A DNA stretch of 64,000 nt, taken from Leucoraja ocellata (lineage: Eukaryota). Below are positions 27,150-40,506 of the stretch, piece after piece (the first letter of the stretch is position 1; every line of letters starts with the position of its first letter). The notes below the pieces were generated by a model that had not been told where the DNA came from, made no database searches, and was given only the letters and a program-made list of their open reading frames with translations. The stretch lies in contig JAWMAR010000105.1 of the NCBI GenBank assembly GCA_036785375.1, positions 2,418,001-2,482,000 on the forward strand, in the 5' to 3' direction. A program made the translations under genes and the position numbers.

Positions 27150-27842
27150 CTCAGTTCAGTTTAGTTTATTGTCACGTGTACCGATGTACTGTGAAAAGCT
27201 TTTGTTGCGTGCTATCCAGTCAGGTGAAAGACAATGCATGATTACACTCGAGCCATTTATAGTATATAGATGCATGATAAAGGGAATAACGTTTGGTGTC
27301 GGGTAAAGCCAGCAAAGTTCGATCAAGGTTAGTCCGAGTGTCACCAAAGAGTTGGATAGTAGTTCAGCACTGATCTCTGGTTGTGGTAGGATGGTTCAAT
27401 AGACAATAGGTGCAGGGATAGGCCATTCGGTCCTTCAAGCCAGCACCGCCATTCAATGTGATCATGGTTGATCATCCCCAATCAGTACCCCGTTCCTGCC
27501 TTCTCCTCATATCCCCTGACCCCGCTATGTTTAAGAGCCCTATCTAGCTCTCTCTTGAAAGTATCCAGAGAACCTGCCTCCACTGCCCTCTGAGGCAGAG
27601 AATTCCACAGACTCACAACTCTGTTTCCTCGTCAACCGTGTCCAAGCGCCTTTAGCGTGTCCAAACCCTTAATAATCTTATATGTTTCAATAAGATCCCC
27701 TCTCATTCTTCTATACTCCAGAGTGTACAAGCCCAGCCGCTCCATTCTCTCAGCATATGACAGTCCCGCCATCCCGGGAATTAACCTTGTAAACCTACGC
27801 TGCACTCCCTCAATAGCAAGAATGACCAGGTTCAGTTGCCTG
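27150..27842 (-). mobile_element. Rex1/Babar-like LINE 3' end interrupted by a CR1 insertion
   Basis: Tail ttcagtttagtttattgtcacgtgtaccg...aaaagcttttgttgcgtgctatccag (reverse of 41660-41733); continues past the CR1 with ggttca duplicated at 27393-27398 and 27829-27834. Confidence 0.6.
27397..27824 (-). mobile_element. CR1 3' fragment with internal deletion
   Basis: ILAIEGVQRRFTRLIPGMAGLSYAERMERLGLYTLEYRRMRGDLIETYKIIKGLD plus a (tctattg)n tail. Confidence 0.9.
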
Positions 27843-28720
27843 GTCATTGGTGCCTGATAGAACATGGGCTTTATGCCAGGTCAAGTGCATTGGTGAATTT
27901 TATTGATGTCTGCCTTCACCGGAGAGGTGCGTCTGCAATAGGGCAAATGGTTCCATTGTCTATTTTTTATTGACTTTGTGACGCAGCTGGAGCAAGGTGT
28001 GTTTTCAGAAGTAATAGCAGTACATCACCTTCATTATTTTAACATATTAAGTGAATTTATTAGTTACTGTGGAGTCTTCCACTGATTCTATTCTAACAGT
28101 ACATATACTCCAACTAAACTAATCCTTTGAAGAAAATAATACCATAACTCGTGTCGGTCAATGATGACTAGTATACGGTGTAGCTGAAACGTAAATGGTT
28201 TTGAATCCAGGGAACTAAATTGTAAAGAAAAAGCTATTTTAATGTTTGTTTCCTGTCTGTGCTGCTGGCTATTGTGTAACCAACAACAATCCTGAAGAGA
28301 GTTTCTCAAGCAGCTAAACGAGAGTTGCTCTTTTAGCAAGAAAGGTAAACGTGAGCCAATGCTGTGATTTTTGGTCCAGAGAAGCATGATACTTCTGGAG
28401 GTAAAATAGACTTAAAATTAAGACTGCCAAATGAGATTTAAACGACCTAAAACTTGCTTGCACAGATGAATTCTTGAGGGAAGGGTGGTGAAGTAGAAGA
28501 TTGCTTGGGGAATTCCACAACAAACACCAGGCTGTGGCGAGATAGCAACAATGGAAGAAAGGGAGTAAAGGAATGCACAAAAGTTGAATCATACAGTGTT
28601 TGGGCAGGAAGTTGAAAATAATTTTGTGCGATGGTGTGGGTATATCCGCTCTATGATCTTTGGGTTGGACTAGAGTATTAATGTAGGAGTGATGACAAAA
28701 TAACTGACCTTTAGGCTAAG

Positions 28721-28912
28721 GGCACAAAGTGCTGGAGTAACTCAGCGGGACAGGCAGCATTCTGGAGAACATGGATAGGTGGCACGGGGTCCTTCTTCAA
28801 ACCCAAAATGTCACCTATCCATGTTCTCCAGAGATGCTGCCTGACCTGTTAAGTTACTCTGGCACTTTGTGTCCATTGTCTATTAACCAGCATCTGTCGT
28901 TCTTTGTTTCTA
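28721..28912. mobile_element. Fold-back PLE terminal-repeat pair
   Basis: ggcacaaagtgctggagtaac...ggataggtggc / gtcacctatcc...gttactctggcactttgtgtcc. Confidence 0.8.
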
Positions 28913-31119
28913 ACCATTTGGGGAAAATTAGCTGGAGATAGGAGTACTTTTGAGAATGAGATGTCAGATTTTCAGCAAAGGGTTGAGGGGATTAAAGTAG
29001 ACCGAACTGTTTGACTGGTCTTGAGACATTGGGTGGGAAGAGGAAAGGATATGCAGGTGCTTTGGCTTCAGCCTTCGAAACTGAAGGCTTTGTGACTCTG
29101 CCTGTCCACAGGATAAGCAGGGTGACCACATGCCGGTAGTGTAGGTGAATGCTGCCCGAATGTGGAAGCAGAGCACCATCTGTTGCCAAAAGAATGCCAT
29201 GGAAGAGCAGTCGTCATTGAAGATGCTTAATAGTCAAACCAATTCTAATTGATTGGAGGAAGAAGTCATTGTCAAATCTGCATGAGATTGATAATTTTTT
29301 GCACTTCCAATATGCCATTTGAAATGTTTGTGTCCATTTAAGTAATGAAGGGATTTGAAGTAACATTATGGGTGTAGAGTTGGCAAGGAAGATCGTCTAA
29401 CACTGGTGATTTCTTTGTCATTGCAAGTATTTGGAAATTAAAATTAGTCGGCCTAAAGTTTTAAAAATGTGTGTAAATGCATTGAACTAGTGTGAATTGA
29501 CTTTCAATCCTCGGATTCATTCATGTTGTATTCACTGAAATGGAATTTGACTAATCTGGGGCTGCTGGACTACTGACGTTTCCCATGCACCTTTTAACCT
29601 CCGGTATTCTCAGCATGAAGATGCTCTGCTGTGGCTTTTAAAATCTGGTTTCTTGAGGTTTCACCACAAGTGCCTCGTCATGACCAGAGCATGAGATTCT
29701 TGAAGCAAGTTATAAAATTGTGAAATAGCTGTACTGAGAATCGAGTTTATATGGGGAGTGTAAGTTTTGAAATGCCTTCGCCAGTAGTGCAGCAGCTTGT
29801 GACCTGGTATCTAAGCAACTGTATCTAAATTTCACTATAACCTTGTGTTGTAACCTATCTACAGAATTGAGTTTGCTGGTGCAAAACAAAAAGGCAAGAA
29901 TCTTTTGGGGGTGTGGGTAAATTGTTGGCTCTTTACAAAGCAACGCCTTTACAACTTATGTAACTGTACGAGGACTTGAGTTTATCATTGCCGTTCTTAA
30001 AAACAAAAATTGAGCACCACCCTTTGATGCAAGGTTTCTTGATTGTGAACAACTACCATTTTAGAACGATATCGGGGCATTTTTATGTTTAACTTTAATT
30101 GACTACTTGAGAAGCTCAAGATGCTGGAGCCCCCTTCAGTAACCATGACAATGTACAAGTTTAAATCGCATGAAAAATTCTTCCATGAGTCCTTTTATAG
30201 CTAACTAGAATCTTAATGCATGGAATACAGCCTTGGCTACCAGATTAAATTTTAACCCAGAGCATTCTTTTAAGAATCTAAAATAACATTAAGTTTGAAT
30301 TTGCTGTCAGCTCATGGATTTGAGCTCCATTTGAAGACTGTTTGAATTTAAGGTGACTGCAGTTTCATGCTTATGAAATATTACTTTTGGGCCTCCTTTG
30401 GGAGATCTAAATCCCAATCTTATCAATGTCCTGAATAATACTTCTCTCATTTACAATATACAAATGGATTACAATATTTCCCAGCCTGGTAACTAACAAA
30501 AGTAATTTATTGTCTGTGACATAATGTTTGAGAACAAGCTAAGTAGACATTTGAGAAGGAAGCCACAATTAGATATTCGGGGATGTTACAAATTGTGCAC
30601 TTTGCTTTGTGACTTGGATTTAAAGTGGCAAGTTTAAACTTGAGTGGAATTAGCACTTTACATTAATCAGTGTATTGACATAAAAATCTGAAATCTAAGA
30701 GATCCCAAATTCTCAAAGCTCAAGGTTACAATTTAATATTTAAGTATGACCTGATGTTAAAATAGACTCTTAATAGTTAAACCATATCTCCAAAGCTAAT
30801 TCATTGTACTGGTCTGTATGCCAATGCTAGTCGGTATTGATTTCCATTCTTGTCCCTTGACATAAACAATTTGCACTTGAACTTGCAGGACTTAAAGAGA
30901 GAAAATGTCCCTGTCAAGTGGGTTTTTCCAAACAATGTAATGCAGAGCCAAAGATATTGAGGGGTATGCTCAGTCTTGTTGTAGATTATATTTTGACGGT
31001 GGTTTGGAAAGAAACCTAGAACTTTATCATATGCACCAAACACTGAGGATTGTGTGTGCAAAATGAGGATTAGAGGACTAATGCCCATTGTTGTTTGTGG
31101 CTTATATTAGTGGTTTAAG

Positions 31120-32215
31120 CATGATTAGTAAATGTGCAGTTGACACTGATGTGGGTGGTATTGTAGGTGATGAAAAAATGACAGAAATGACAGGAGTATC
31201 TTGATCAGCTGGGCAAGTGGGCTGAAGAACGGCCCGTGCAGTTAATGGAGATAAGTGAAAGGTGTTGCAATTTTGGGCAGGACTTTCACAGTGAATGGTA
31301 GACCATTGACAGTTCGGAGCTCGGAGTACAGGTGTTCAGGTCCCTGAAAAGAGAGAAGAATAATGCTGTTGCATTAATTGTTTGTTTTGATTACATCTGA
31401 ACAAGAAAAGTAGAAGAACACATTTCAACCACTCTACACACAATGAAAAGGATACTGATTTCACTTTGGCATGTCACACCAGGGCAGGATTTGTGCAGTA
31501 AATGGTAGAGTTCTGGCGAGGGCAGCACGACTGAGAGCTAGGGGTATGGGTGTGTGGTTCCATAAAAGTGGCGAGTCAAGTGGACAGTGCAGTGATGGCA
31601 CACTTGCCTTCATTGGGAAGGATATAGAGTACAAATGTTGGGACATCAGGATGCAGCTGTACACGTCATTGGTGAGACCACACTTGTTAGTGAATAGCAA
31701 ACACAGTAATGGTTGCTCAACCCATCAGAAGTATATCATTAATTCGGAATGGATTCCGTAGAGATTTACTGGGATGTTACCTGGGCTTGCAAGGTTCATT
31801 TGTAGGGAGAGGTGGGATAAGCTGGGACTTTATTCTCTGGAGCCTAGGGGTGACCTTGTTAAGGTATACAAACTCAAGAGGGACATGAATAAAGTGAACA
31901 CTGTCTTTTTTTCCCCAAGGTAGAGGTTTGTAAAGCCAGGCCAGAGGGCATAGGCTTGAGGGGTGAGATTCAAGAGGGACCTCGGGGAAACTTTTCACTT
32001 GGAGGGCATCTGTATCTGAATGAGCTGCTAGAGGAAGGTATAGAAGTGGATGCAATTATAGTTTATTAAAAGCATTTGGGCAGATATATGGATAGGAAGA
32101 GTTTGGCGGGCTACGGACCAAATTCCAGCAAATGGAACTAGCCCTGTATGCCAATTTGATTAGCATAGGCAAGGACTGACAGACCTGTTTCCTTGCTGCA
32201 TAACTGTATGACTAT
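31120..32215 (+). mobile_element. Old degenerate CR1 LINE (RT to 3' end)
   Basis: Decayed ISKFADDT-like start (attagtaaatgtgcagttgacac), LYTSLVRPHL, and tail cctgtttccttgctgcataactgtatgactatg. Confidence 0.75.
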
Positions 32216-32732
32216 GTTTACTGAGAAGGGGAAAATTCCTTCCTCGTGATTACTAATACACATGCAGGGACTGTGATTTGAGAATGCTGTCTCTCTTTGA
32301 TGTTTTAAAGGCAATTAAGGGTCACATTTGTGATCCATTATTTTATTAAAAAATAAAGCGGCTAGCAGATGGAGTTGGTTATTACTTGGCTCATTGATGC
32401 CGCTGTTGCTTGTTCTTCAGCAAAGGCCGACTTAAGCTAAATGTGAATTCTAGTAGTAAATTACTAGATTGTACGAAAGATCTATAGATGCTGCTGTTTG
32501 AAAGGGAATATTGAGCTTGCATGCTAATAATGTTAGCTGCTATAATTTGATATGATATGAATCTTGAGGATTTTGGTCACCATTACATTGCTTGGATGAG
32601 GTTACTGTCTTGTATGAGTGCCCAAGATCTACTGTTCAGTTATCTTGCTGCCGTTTGCTACATTTGAGACTGTAATCACTGCTACTGCAAGTCTGTTGGA
32701 AAAGGCTGTTTGCCACTCGTATAATATTTGTA

Positions 32733-32860
32733 GTCAAGAGTTTTATTGTCATTTGTCCCAGATAGAACAATGACATTCTCACTTGCAACAAAACACAACA
32801 GAACATGTAAACATAATACACTGTAAACAATATAATGGACGAGGGGGGAAAAGTGTTAAG
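32733..32860 (-). mobile_element. LINE 3' tail fragment (family uncertain)
   Basis: gtcaagagttttattgtcatttgtccc...aatgacattctcacttgc, same style as the other reverse LINE tails. Confidence 0.4.
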
Positions 32861-33539
32861 AGAGCAGCCACGAAGCACTCTTTTCTACGATAAAACAAAT
32901 GTCTTTTGGGTACAACTCCAAGTCATTAAAAGCCTATTGAAAATAGCCTGCTTTCATATGGAAGTCTAGACTGTGGGAATATGGTTGAACTTTGACTAGG
33001 GGTGGCAGTTGAATATAGCCCAAATGCTGCATTTTCTGTTAAAGAACTTCTGTCCCAAGAGTCCTGACTCGATATGTTGTCTGTCCATTCCTGCACAGAT
33101 GAGTTCCTCTGACACTTTGCGTCTTGTTCATGTTTCCAACATCTGTAGTTCCTATTACTGCTGGAATTGCTCAGTTTATGACCGATCTAGGGTGATGCCC
33201 ACAGCCAATATTTTTATAGATTAAAAAAAAAAAAAAAAAAAAAATACCAGGTGTACCAAGCAGTATAAACCTGTGAGCAGCCCCACGCTGGACCTGAGCT
33301 TGATCAATGAGGGATTAAGACAAGTACCAATTCACTTTTATTGCATGTGGACATCGACATCCCGCTAACTGTCCTGGTTGGTATCAATTATTTTGGGTCA
33401 TTAGTCCAGAACACTAACATTTGCCGTATACATCTCTCTGGAATCTGCGTTGGGATTTGGCGGAGGTTTTGTTGGGATGTGGGGGAGGGGGAAACAGCAG
33501 CTCTGCCCAAGTCCCCAAGAAATTGCAGAGAATTGTATA

Positions 33540-34200
33540 TGTAGCCGGGTCCATCACACCAACCAGACTCCCCACCACTGACTTTGTGCTACCTTGAAGA
33601 AGCAGCCAACATAATCAAAGACTTATCCCCACCACAGTCATTCCTTCTTCCTGCTCCTCTCTGGCAGAAGATGAAGAAACTTGAAGGCTCTGGAACAGCT
33701 CCTTCCCCTCTGTCAGGCTTCTGAACAATCCACCCATAAGTTGGATGCTGTCCGATGCTCCTCTTGCCTATTGAGCATTGGGCTTTATGTGAAACTGATG
33801 CGCTACTATGCTGAGAACTATATTCTGCACTTTGTCTCTTTCCCTTTACTCTTTAACCATATAACCATATAACAATTACAGCACGGAAACAGGCCATCTC
33901 GGCCCTACAAGTCCATGCCGAACAAATTTTTTTCCCCTTAGTCCCACCTGCCTGCACTCGTACCATAACCCTCCATTCCCTTCTCATCCATATGCCTATC
34001 CAATTTATTTTTAAATGATACCAATGAACCTGCCTCCACCACTTCCACTGGGAGCTCATTCCACACCGCCACCACTCTCTGCGTAAAGTTCCCCCTCGTA
34101 TTACCCCTAAACTTCTGTCCCTTCTATTGTACTTCAGTTTGTCTGTATTTATGGGTAGTATATGATTAGATAACATTCAAAACAAAGCTTTTTTGCAGTA
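33540..34200 (+). mobile_element. Degenerate Rex1/Babar-like LINE 3' end hosting a CR1 insertion
   Basis: agcagccaacataatcaaagac...cattccttcttcctgctcctctctggcagaagatga is a decayed AANIIKD..HP.H..F.LLPSGRR motif; tail resumes after 34125. Confidence 0.6.
33855..34122 (-). mobile_element. CR1 3' end, (ttatatgg)n-tailed subfamily
   Basis: Reverse frame RVVAVWNELPVEVVEAG..VSFKNKLDRHMDEKGMEGYG; tail taaccatataaccatataac. Confidence 0.85.
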
Positions 34201-35087
34201 GTATACCTAGTCTAGTGAGCTTGAGCTTTATCCACCCAAATCAATTGCATCTCTCAATTTCAATACGGACAAGTAACCATCTGTAAGTAAAAACAATATT
34301 GAATACAGTCTTTGGCTAACCTTTGTTCAGTAATGCATGCTTTCAAGAGACCTTGTTCAACTACCCATTTGAAACCGTTGAGAGGCAATGGAATGATGCC
34401 CAAATGTTGGGTTGTCTTGTTCGTGATGCCAGGCGACTGTTGCCAAAAGGAGAAGTGCCCAGCCAAGTAAAGCTCGAGGGAGAAGGCGAGCTATTGCTGG
34501 AGCTACAGTGGATACCTTCAGCAAAATAGACTTGGAACATTACCAAGTGTAATATACCAGTCACAAGATGTTGTTTGTAGCATTTGGCTGGGGATGTTTC
34601 AGTGTTGTGGCGAAAATGGAAGCTCTGGAAGGATTTAATGGAATATTTTGGGACAGATGGACACAGTTGGGAGATGAACATCTGAAGTTCCTGCTGTTTA
34701 AAGATGGGTTAGGAAATGAAAAGGATAATTGAGGTTTTTTTATTAAGGGACTCTTTTTACAGAATGTATCATTCCTGTTTCAGCCTGATTGAATGTGAAC
34801 AAACAACTATGTACTGTACAAAGCCATAACCAAGTATATCAGATGCTGAATCTGAATTTAGCCAGTTGGGTAGATACTGATGAGAAAAACCCAAGTTGAT
34901 TTAAAGGGCTTGTTTCCCACAGGTTTCAGATGGAACAAGAAAGCAATTGTTTCAAGCCAAATATCAGAGAGCTACTGTACATGGCTTTCCCTGAACTTTC
35001 AGATGCTTTACCATTAGCGTTACAGTATTCTTGATTTGTTTTTGGCTTCTGGCTTTGGTGCTTGGTTAAAACATTAGAAACCACCAG

Positions 35088-35120
35088 GTAAACAAACCAG
35101 CATCTGCAGTTCTTTCCTAC
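35088..35120 (+). mobile_element. 33-bp PLE terminal fragment with 17-bp TSD
   Basis: aaaccagcatctgcagttctttcctac flanked by acattagaaaccaccag / acattagaaactaccag (35071-35087, 35121-35137). Confidence 0.8.
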
Positions 35121-35294
35121 ACATTAGAAACTACCAGTTGGACAGAGCAAAGTGCAAACTTCCATCTTTCTGGATTCTAAATGAAACAATTTTGACGAAA
35201 TCCTTCAGGAAAATACTTCCTGGCTGCCCTCAGTTTTTCATCTACCTTAGAACTCCGCAGTTGTGGAAACCAAGATATGTCAAGTCAAAAAGCC

Positions 35295-35512
35295 CTATCT
35301 TTCTCTCTCTATCCCCTTCCCTTCTAAGTTCTCCCACCAGTCTTACTGTCTCCGACTACATTCTATCTTGGTCCTGCCCACTACCCTGACTATCCCGCCC
35401 ACTCCCCTGACATCAGTCTGACGAAGGGTCTCAACTTGAAACGTCACCCATTCCTTCTCTCCAGAGATGCTGCCTGTCCCGCTGAGTGAGTCAAACATTT
35501 TGTATCTATCTT
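35295..35512 (+). mobile_element. PLE 3'UTR plus terminal repeat
   Basis: Pyrimidine-rich UTR, then catcagtctgacgaagggtctcaacttgaaacgtcacccattccttctctccagagatgctgcc. Confidence 0.8.
35414..35449 (+). ncRNA. Minimal type-I hammerhead ribozyme motif, core intact, sense to pard6a
   Basis: CUGACGA (35418-35424), extra A, weakened helix II, GAAAC (35438-35442), GUC cleavage triplet (35443-35445). Confidence 0.6.
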
Positions 35513-35550
35513 CTGCCTAATAGACTAGTCTGTGTACCAAAATGAATGAG

Positions 35551-35985
35551 ATGGGCCATTCTTTGGAAAGTGAACCAAAATGTCTCACACGTGACCAGAT
35601 GGCATCACATAAAGTAATAGATTATAAAATTCTTGTAAGAGATTAATCTTATTCATTGCTATTTTCCTACCTAAAGAACTATAATGCATGTCTGCTAAAG
35701 GCATGAACATTTTAGCTTTTTTAAATGCAGTTTGTGAGATAAAACTGAGTTATGGAAAAAAAAAAGCTTCCATGTGCGGTCACACACGTGACCAGTCATA
35801 TTTGACCTCTGATCTTAAACAAACATTGTCAGCATAACCTAAACATTTCACATGATAAACTTCAGAAAAATATGAATCGTATATACAGTACAAAACAATA
35901 CCTGTAATACTTTCAGAATTAGAAGAGATGCATTCCACAATTTTTCATATCTTTAGTCACACACGTGACTAAGAATGGGGCCCAT
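35551..35985. mobile_element. Probable MITE/DNA-transposon relic with repeated CACACGTGAC motifs
   Basis: Ends atgggccattctt / aagaatggggcccat; tcacacgtgac-type motif at 35585, 35778 and 35954. Confidence 0.5.
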
Positions 35986-37162
35986 CATAGAAATCGTCAG
36001 GTCTGCGTATTTGTTTGTAAACTATTTGCCAAATTATATGTCCAGCAGTTTAAATGGTTGCCACTCTGTTCAGTTTGCATTTAAGGATGCCTAAAAGAAT
36101 GTGCCACAGACTTTTAAATGTGATTGCCATTTTACACAATATAGGGAGTAATCTTTTTACAGCGCATTGGACAAGTCTAGATTTGATTGTCAGTTAATGT
36201 CATCCATTATACAACAGTGACTATTGCTGTAAGCGAAATGCAAACATTCTGTTCCAATATGGGATGAGAGCTAGAAATGGAGCACCTTGAATCTCCAACA
36301 CAGGGCAAGCACAAGTATTGTGAGCACACTACATCCTAGTGACTGATCCACTGATACATACGTTGCCCCATTTGTGGCAGTCTGTGGATCCTGCATGGAA
36401 TCCTGCAGTGCCCACACAACTGGAGCGGAAGGAAGTTCACCTCCACGCTATGTTGTCACGTTGTTTGCAATATACCATCAAAAGTAAAATATTTACATTT
36501 GTGACTAAAATTAAACTGTTTGTTTGTTTGCTTTGATAACGTGGGTTTTGAAGAGATCCGTTTGGCTTGTCTTGCAAATCTTTTTAAAATTTGGGCAAAG
36601 TGTTAATTTCCTTTTTGAACAATTGAATGAGCATCTTTATGGGACTGTGGATACAGGTGATGGCAAACTTCTTGGTCCTTGTCTGAAGTTACCAGCTTGT
36701 CTTAAACTCTAAATAAGAATGAAGATATAACCTTGTCTAAATTGCACATAAAACCTACCTGCTGAATTTATAACAATGATCACATTTGTATTCTGGGCAG
36801 GTCTGTGGTTTATATAGAACTTGTCAAGACGGGTTCCCATCTAGGTACCATGCCAAAATCATTCACGGGTGAATGGGGAAACAATGGATTTTAAAGTATT
36901 GAATTGTCTCCTAAATGAACAGCTGATAACTGAATTTGTCCAAACTATGTAATTGATTCTTTACCCATTTCAACACTTGGACAGAATCACTGTTGATCAA
37001 ATGTAGCTCAAGCAGCACATGTTCCAGTCTGGGCAAAACCTTGTTATTTTGTCCCAGTGATTAATTTTCAGTCACTTGCTGCTATCTTGTCTGATCCTTG
37101 AGTAGATTTGTTTCTTTCATGTCCCTGAAGTCTGCATTCATTTTGCTGTGTTCATTTCGTAT

Positions 37163-37463
37163 TTTAGTTTAGTTTAGAGATGCAACGTGGAAACAGGCCC
37201 TTCAGCCCACCGGGTCTGCGCCGACCAGTGATCCCTGCGTATTAACACACACTAGGGAACGTTTTTACATTTACCAAGCCAATTTAAGTGCATGTATGTC
37301 TTTGGAGTGGGAGGAAACCGAAGATCTCGGAGAAAAACCACTCGGGTCACGGGGGAACGTAAAACTCCGTACAGACAACACCCGTAGTTGGGATCGAACC
37401 CAGGTGTTTGGCGCTGCATGCACTGTAAGGCAGCAACTCTACCGCTGCGCCACTGTGCCGCCC
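37163..37463 (-). mobile_element. tRNA-derived V-SINE (HE1-like), near full length
   Basis: Same head, core and tail as 23436-23711; (tttag)n tail. Confidence 0.88.
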
Positions 37464-39333
37464 GAGGATTTTGAGAAAAACCTGTATTGCTATATTATTT
37501 CAAGTTTTTGCTGCCAACTTTATTATCCAAACTGCTCTGCCTGTTTGCAATGCCCTTTTTGTTCATGGAAAATGTATTTAACCAACTAGGCTAACATTTT
37601 GTCTTTGATAGCCCTTGACTCACTACAATCAGTAATACAATGCACGCTATTATATTATTTAGCGTGGAATGTGTTAGTGGCTCCAGGTATCTCCTGCCCT
37701 TGTCCTTTGTGAGGTTGAATTTGGGAAGAACTACCAGCAAGCTTGGTGAGGTGGAAGTGTAATGTGTAATAGGGAGAGAATGTCTAGAGTGGTAGAGGGG
37801 ATGCCAATTACTGTAATTTATTCTGGATGACGTGGAGCTGCCCTCTATCCAATTAGGATGTATAACTCGTGACCTTTTACAGCAAAGGATTAGAAGAACA
37901 AATTAGCAGAACACTCAGACTCTGACCTGTTTTTGGTGCTGTAGTTTGGGGGCTAATCTCAATGAAGCAACCTACGACTTTTCTTTTAAATCCTCCGTGT
38001 TATTTTGTTTTCACACCAGACCTGGCTTCAGTCTTGATAAATGCTGCCCACAAGTTTTTGCAAACTTATAAATTCATTGGGGAAAGTCTTGCAGAAATCT
38101 TTCTGGTCAATCTTGTGCTAATTACCAAGACTTAAAACTACATTTGAACGTTGCCTTTTTAGCCCCATGAAAACATTTCTAGCAATTCAGTGCTAATTTT
38201 CAGTGTGCTGGTTCCCCGGTGAGTGTTTCCAATACCTGCTAATTCAGTGGGCAGTGGTGTAAACCTCACAGGGACGAGGGCAGATTTTGAAAACCTTCAA
38301 AATGAAATTACCAAATTAAGTTGGTATTGGTTATAATTGTTCTTGACATGTTCCTTTTATAAACAAAAGTTAACATACAGTTGATGTGAATCTTCCCTAA
38401 TGGCCAATCCACAAGTGCTGTTCACAGATCACTATATACACTTGTCTTAATACTAATTTAAAAAAAAATCATGATAAAAGTACATCTTAAATCCTTGTGT
38501 TTATGAATGCTGCATCTATCTGAACAGTGTCCAGCTAGATTCCTATTTCAGATCGTTAACTACAGAGAAGGGGATCTGATTAAGTGGATTGATTTTGAAT
38601 GTTCTGTAGATCTGCTAAGAGTTGTATCAATCCAATAGTTCCATAGGAGTGTCACATTCAGCATGAACTTTTATTGGGTTATTTGTTACTCTTTATAATC
38701 TCTTGTGTTGTCTCATTTGAGATGCCCTGTCTTTAGCAGTGCTCAGCTGTTACTTCAATCTTCTGAACTGTATCCTTCCCTAGTTGGAGAAATGTTATAG
38801 TGGTACTGACATAATTAACATTTGAGACTTTTTAATTTGTACATTGTAAGATGCGTGATTATGTGATTGTTTGGCACGTTTGATAAAACTGTTCTACAGA
38901 GATTAAAATTGGACAGGCTTATGTTCAACTCTTGACAGGGACTCTTTTGGGGAAAGAAATAAGATACATTATGAAGTTCTCCTTCTTAGTCCCTAAATTA
39001 CAAGTTCTTCTTCTGATGGTTTCTGACCTGTTGCAAATACAGTCCTCTTGACATTGAATTGTGAGGACTATGCAATAACAGTAGCTTGCAGGAAGTATAA
39101 CTGTTAAACTTGAGATTGGCATGCGATGGTGCATTTATTTTGCAAGAGCAACTGAGATTACATACTAGGAAAATATAGAGGAAGCAAAGCAATTGGTCAT
39201 GTAATAGTCACAGATAAACACCAGCACAACCTCCACGGAAATGAGGGTTTTTTTTCCACAACAGTTAATTTTTCCATTTATCATTTAAAAAGCATGCCCT
39301 CAAAGTCTCATTAGAACATACTTGATAGTTAAA

Positions 39334-39533
39334 AAAACTATCAATGGAATAACTCAATGGGTCTGGCAGTATCTCTGGAGAACGTGGATAGGTCACTTTT
39401 TGGGTTTGACTGAAGGGTCCCAACCTGAAACATCACCTATCCATGTCCACTAGAAATGCTGTGTGACCCAATAAATTACTCCAGCACTTTTTTAATCTCT
39501 TTTTGGAAACCATCATCTGCTATTCCTGTCTCG
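39334..39533. mobile_element. Fold-back PLE terminal-repeat pair with TSD
   Basis: Inverted arms around ctgaagggtcccaacctgaaacatcacc; TSD tgatagttaaa (39323-39333 / 39534-39544). Confidence 0.75.
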
Positions 39534-40506
39534 TGATAGTTAAACCTGGCAGCAGGAAGCAATTTAAAGTAACCTGAAGTCTTGGCTAGATACCAAATGC
39601 CGATCTACATTGCAATCTGCCAAGAAATTCTAGTTTGAATATAACCTGAATGGGAGCATATTTTCTGCATCATTGCTATTAGCAAATTGCAATTAACACG
39701 ATTAGTAATAACTTTGTCCTGTGAACAATTCCTGGTTCCTTGTACGTAAGCAATTACTTGCATTTGTACATTGTCTTTCTCAACCATCATTGGGTCATAC
39801 CAAGACCTCTTGAGCCAGTGAAGCACTTTTGATGGCTGATCATTTGGATAATGGCTAATACTGGAAATATGGCAGCAAAATCAAGCGGTGAGATTGCAAG
39901 CAATGACAGGAGAAATGGCTATGAGATGAGATCAGGGCCAATTTTTTATTTTTTTTTAAATAATGCCTGCTAAGAAGACACCTGTGCTCACCACCTTGCT
40001 TTTATTAATGTCTTAGCTTTTTATAATCCATCTGAGACTCTGTTTAGTCTCTGTTTAATGATTCTTCCAGAAGATGGCACCAATCACACTAAAGATTTTA
40101 AAAGTAGGAACAGGTTGATCTTAATAATCACTTACCCGCACTAATCCCATAATCTCTTGATTCTCCTCAAGATGATTTTTAATTGTGAAAATGACGCAGT
40201 TCTCTTGCATAATGAATACCAAAGATTCACTACCTCTTAAAGAAGAAATGTATTCTCCTGAATGGCTGGTATTTTATTTTGAGACTGGGACCCCTGGCTG
40301 TGCAACCTACTTCCTCCATCTCAAGCTTAGATTTGTTTTTTTGCGATTAACTGTCTGGAGTAGGGCTTTAGAAACTCCAGCAGTGAAAGGTGAAACTGTT
40401 GATCCTGATAATTTGCAAAAAAATCAAAGGTCTTGGAATTTTCTAACAACAAAATGTATGTACAGGTACTTGAATCCAAATGCCTGTAATATATGAACAG
40501 AACTAG

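Noticed and set aside
28158-28197. Independent hammerhead or C/D-box-like motif (atgatga...ctgaaacgta)
   Set aside because: Core C is missing, helices are poor, and it is too short for a snoRNA; likely chance.
29171-29188. CTCF-like site (tggcaacagatggtgctc on minus strand)
   Set aside because: Three mismatches to the core consensus; not supportable without a PWM or ChIP data.
33223-33244. Poly-A run as a processed pseudogene tail
   Set aside because: No upstream coding similarity, poly(A) signal or TSD; treated as a simple homopolymer like those at 9495, 19188, 22756 and 51013.
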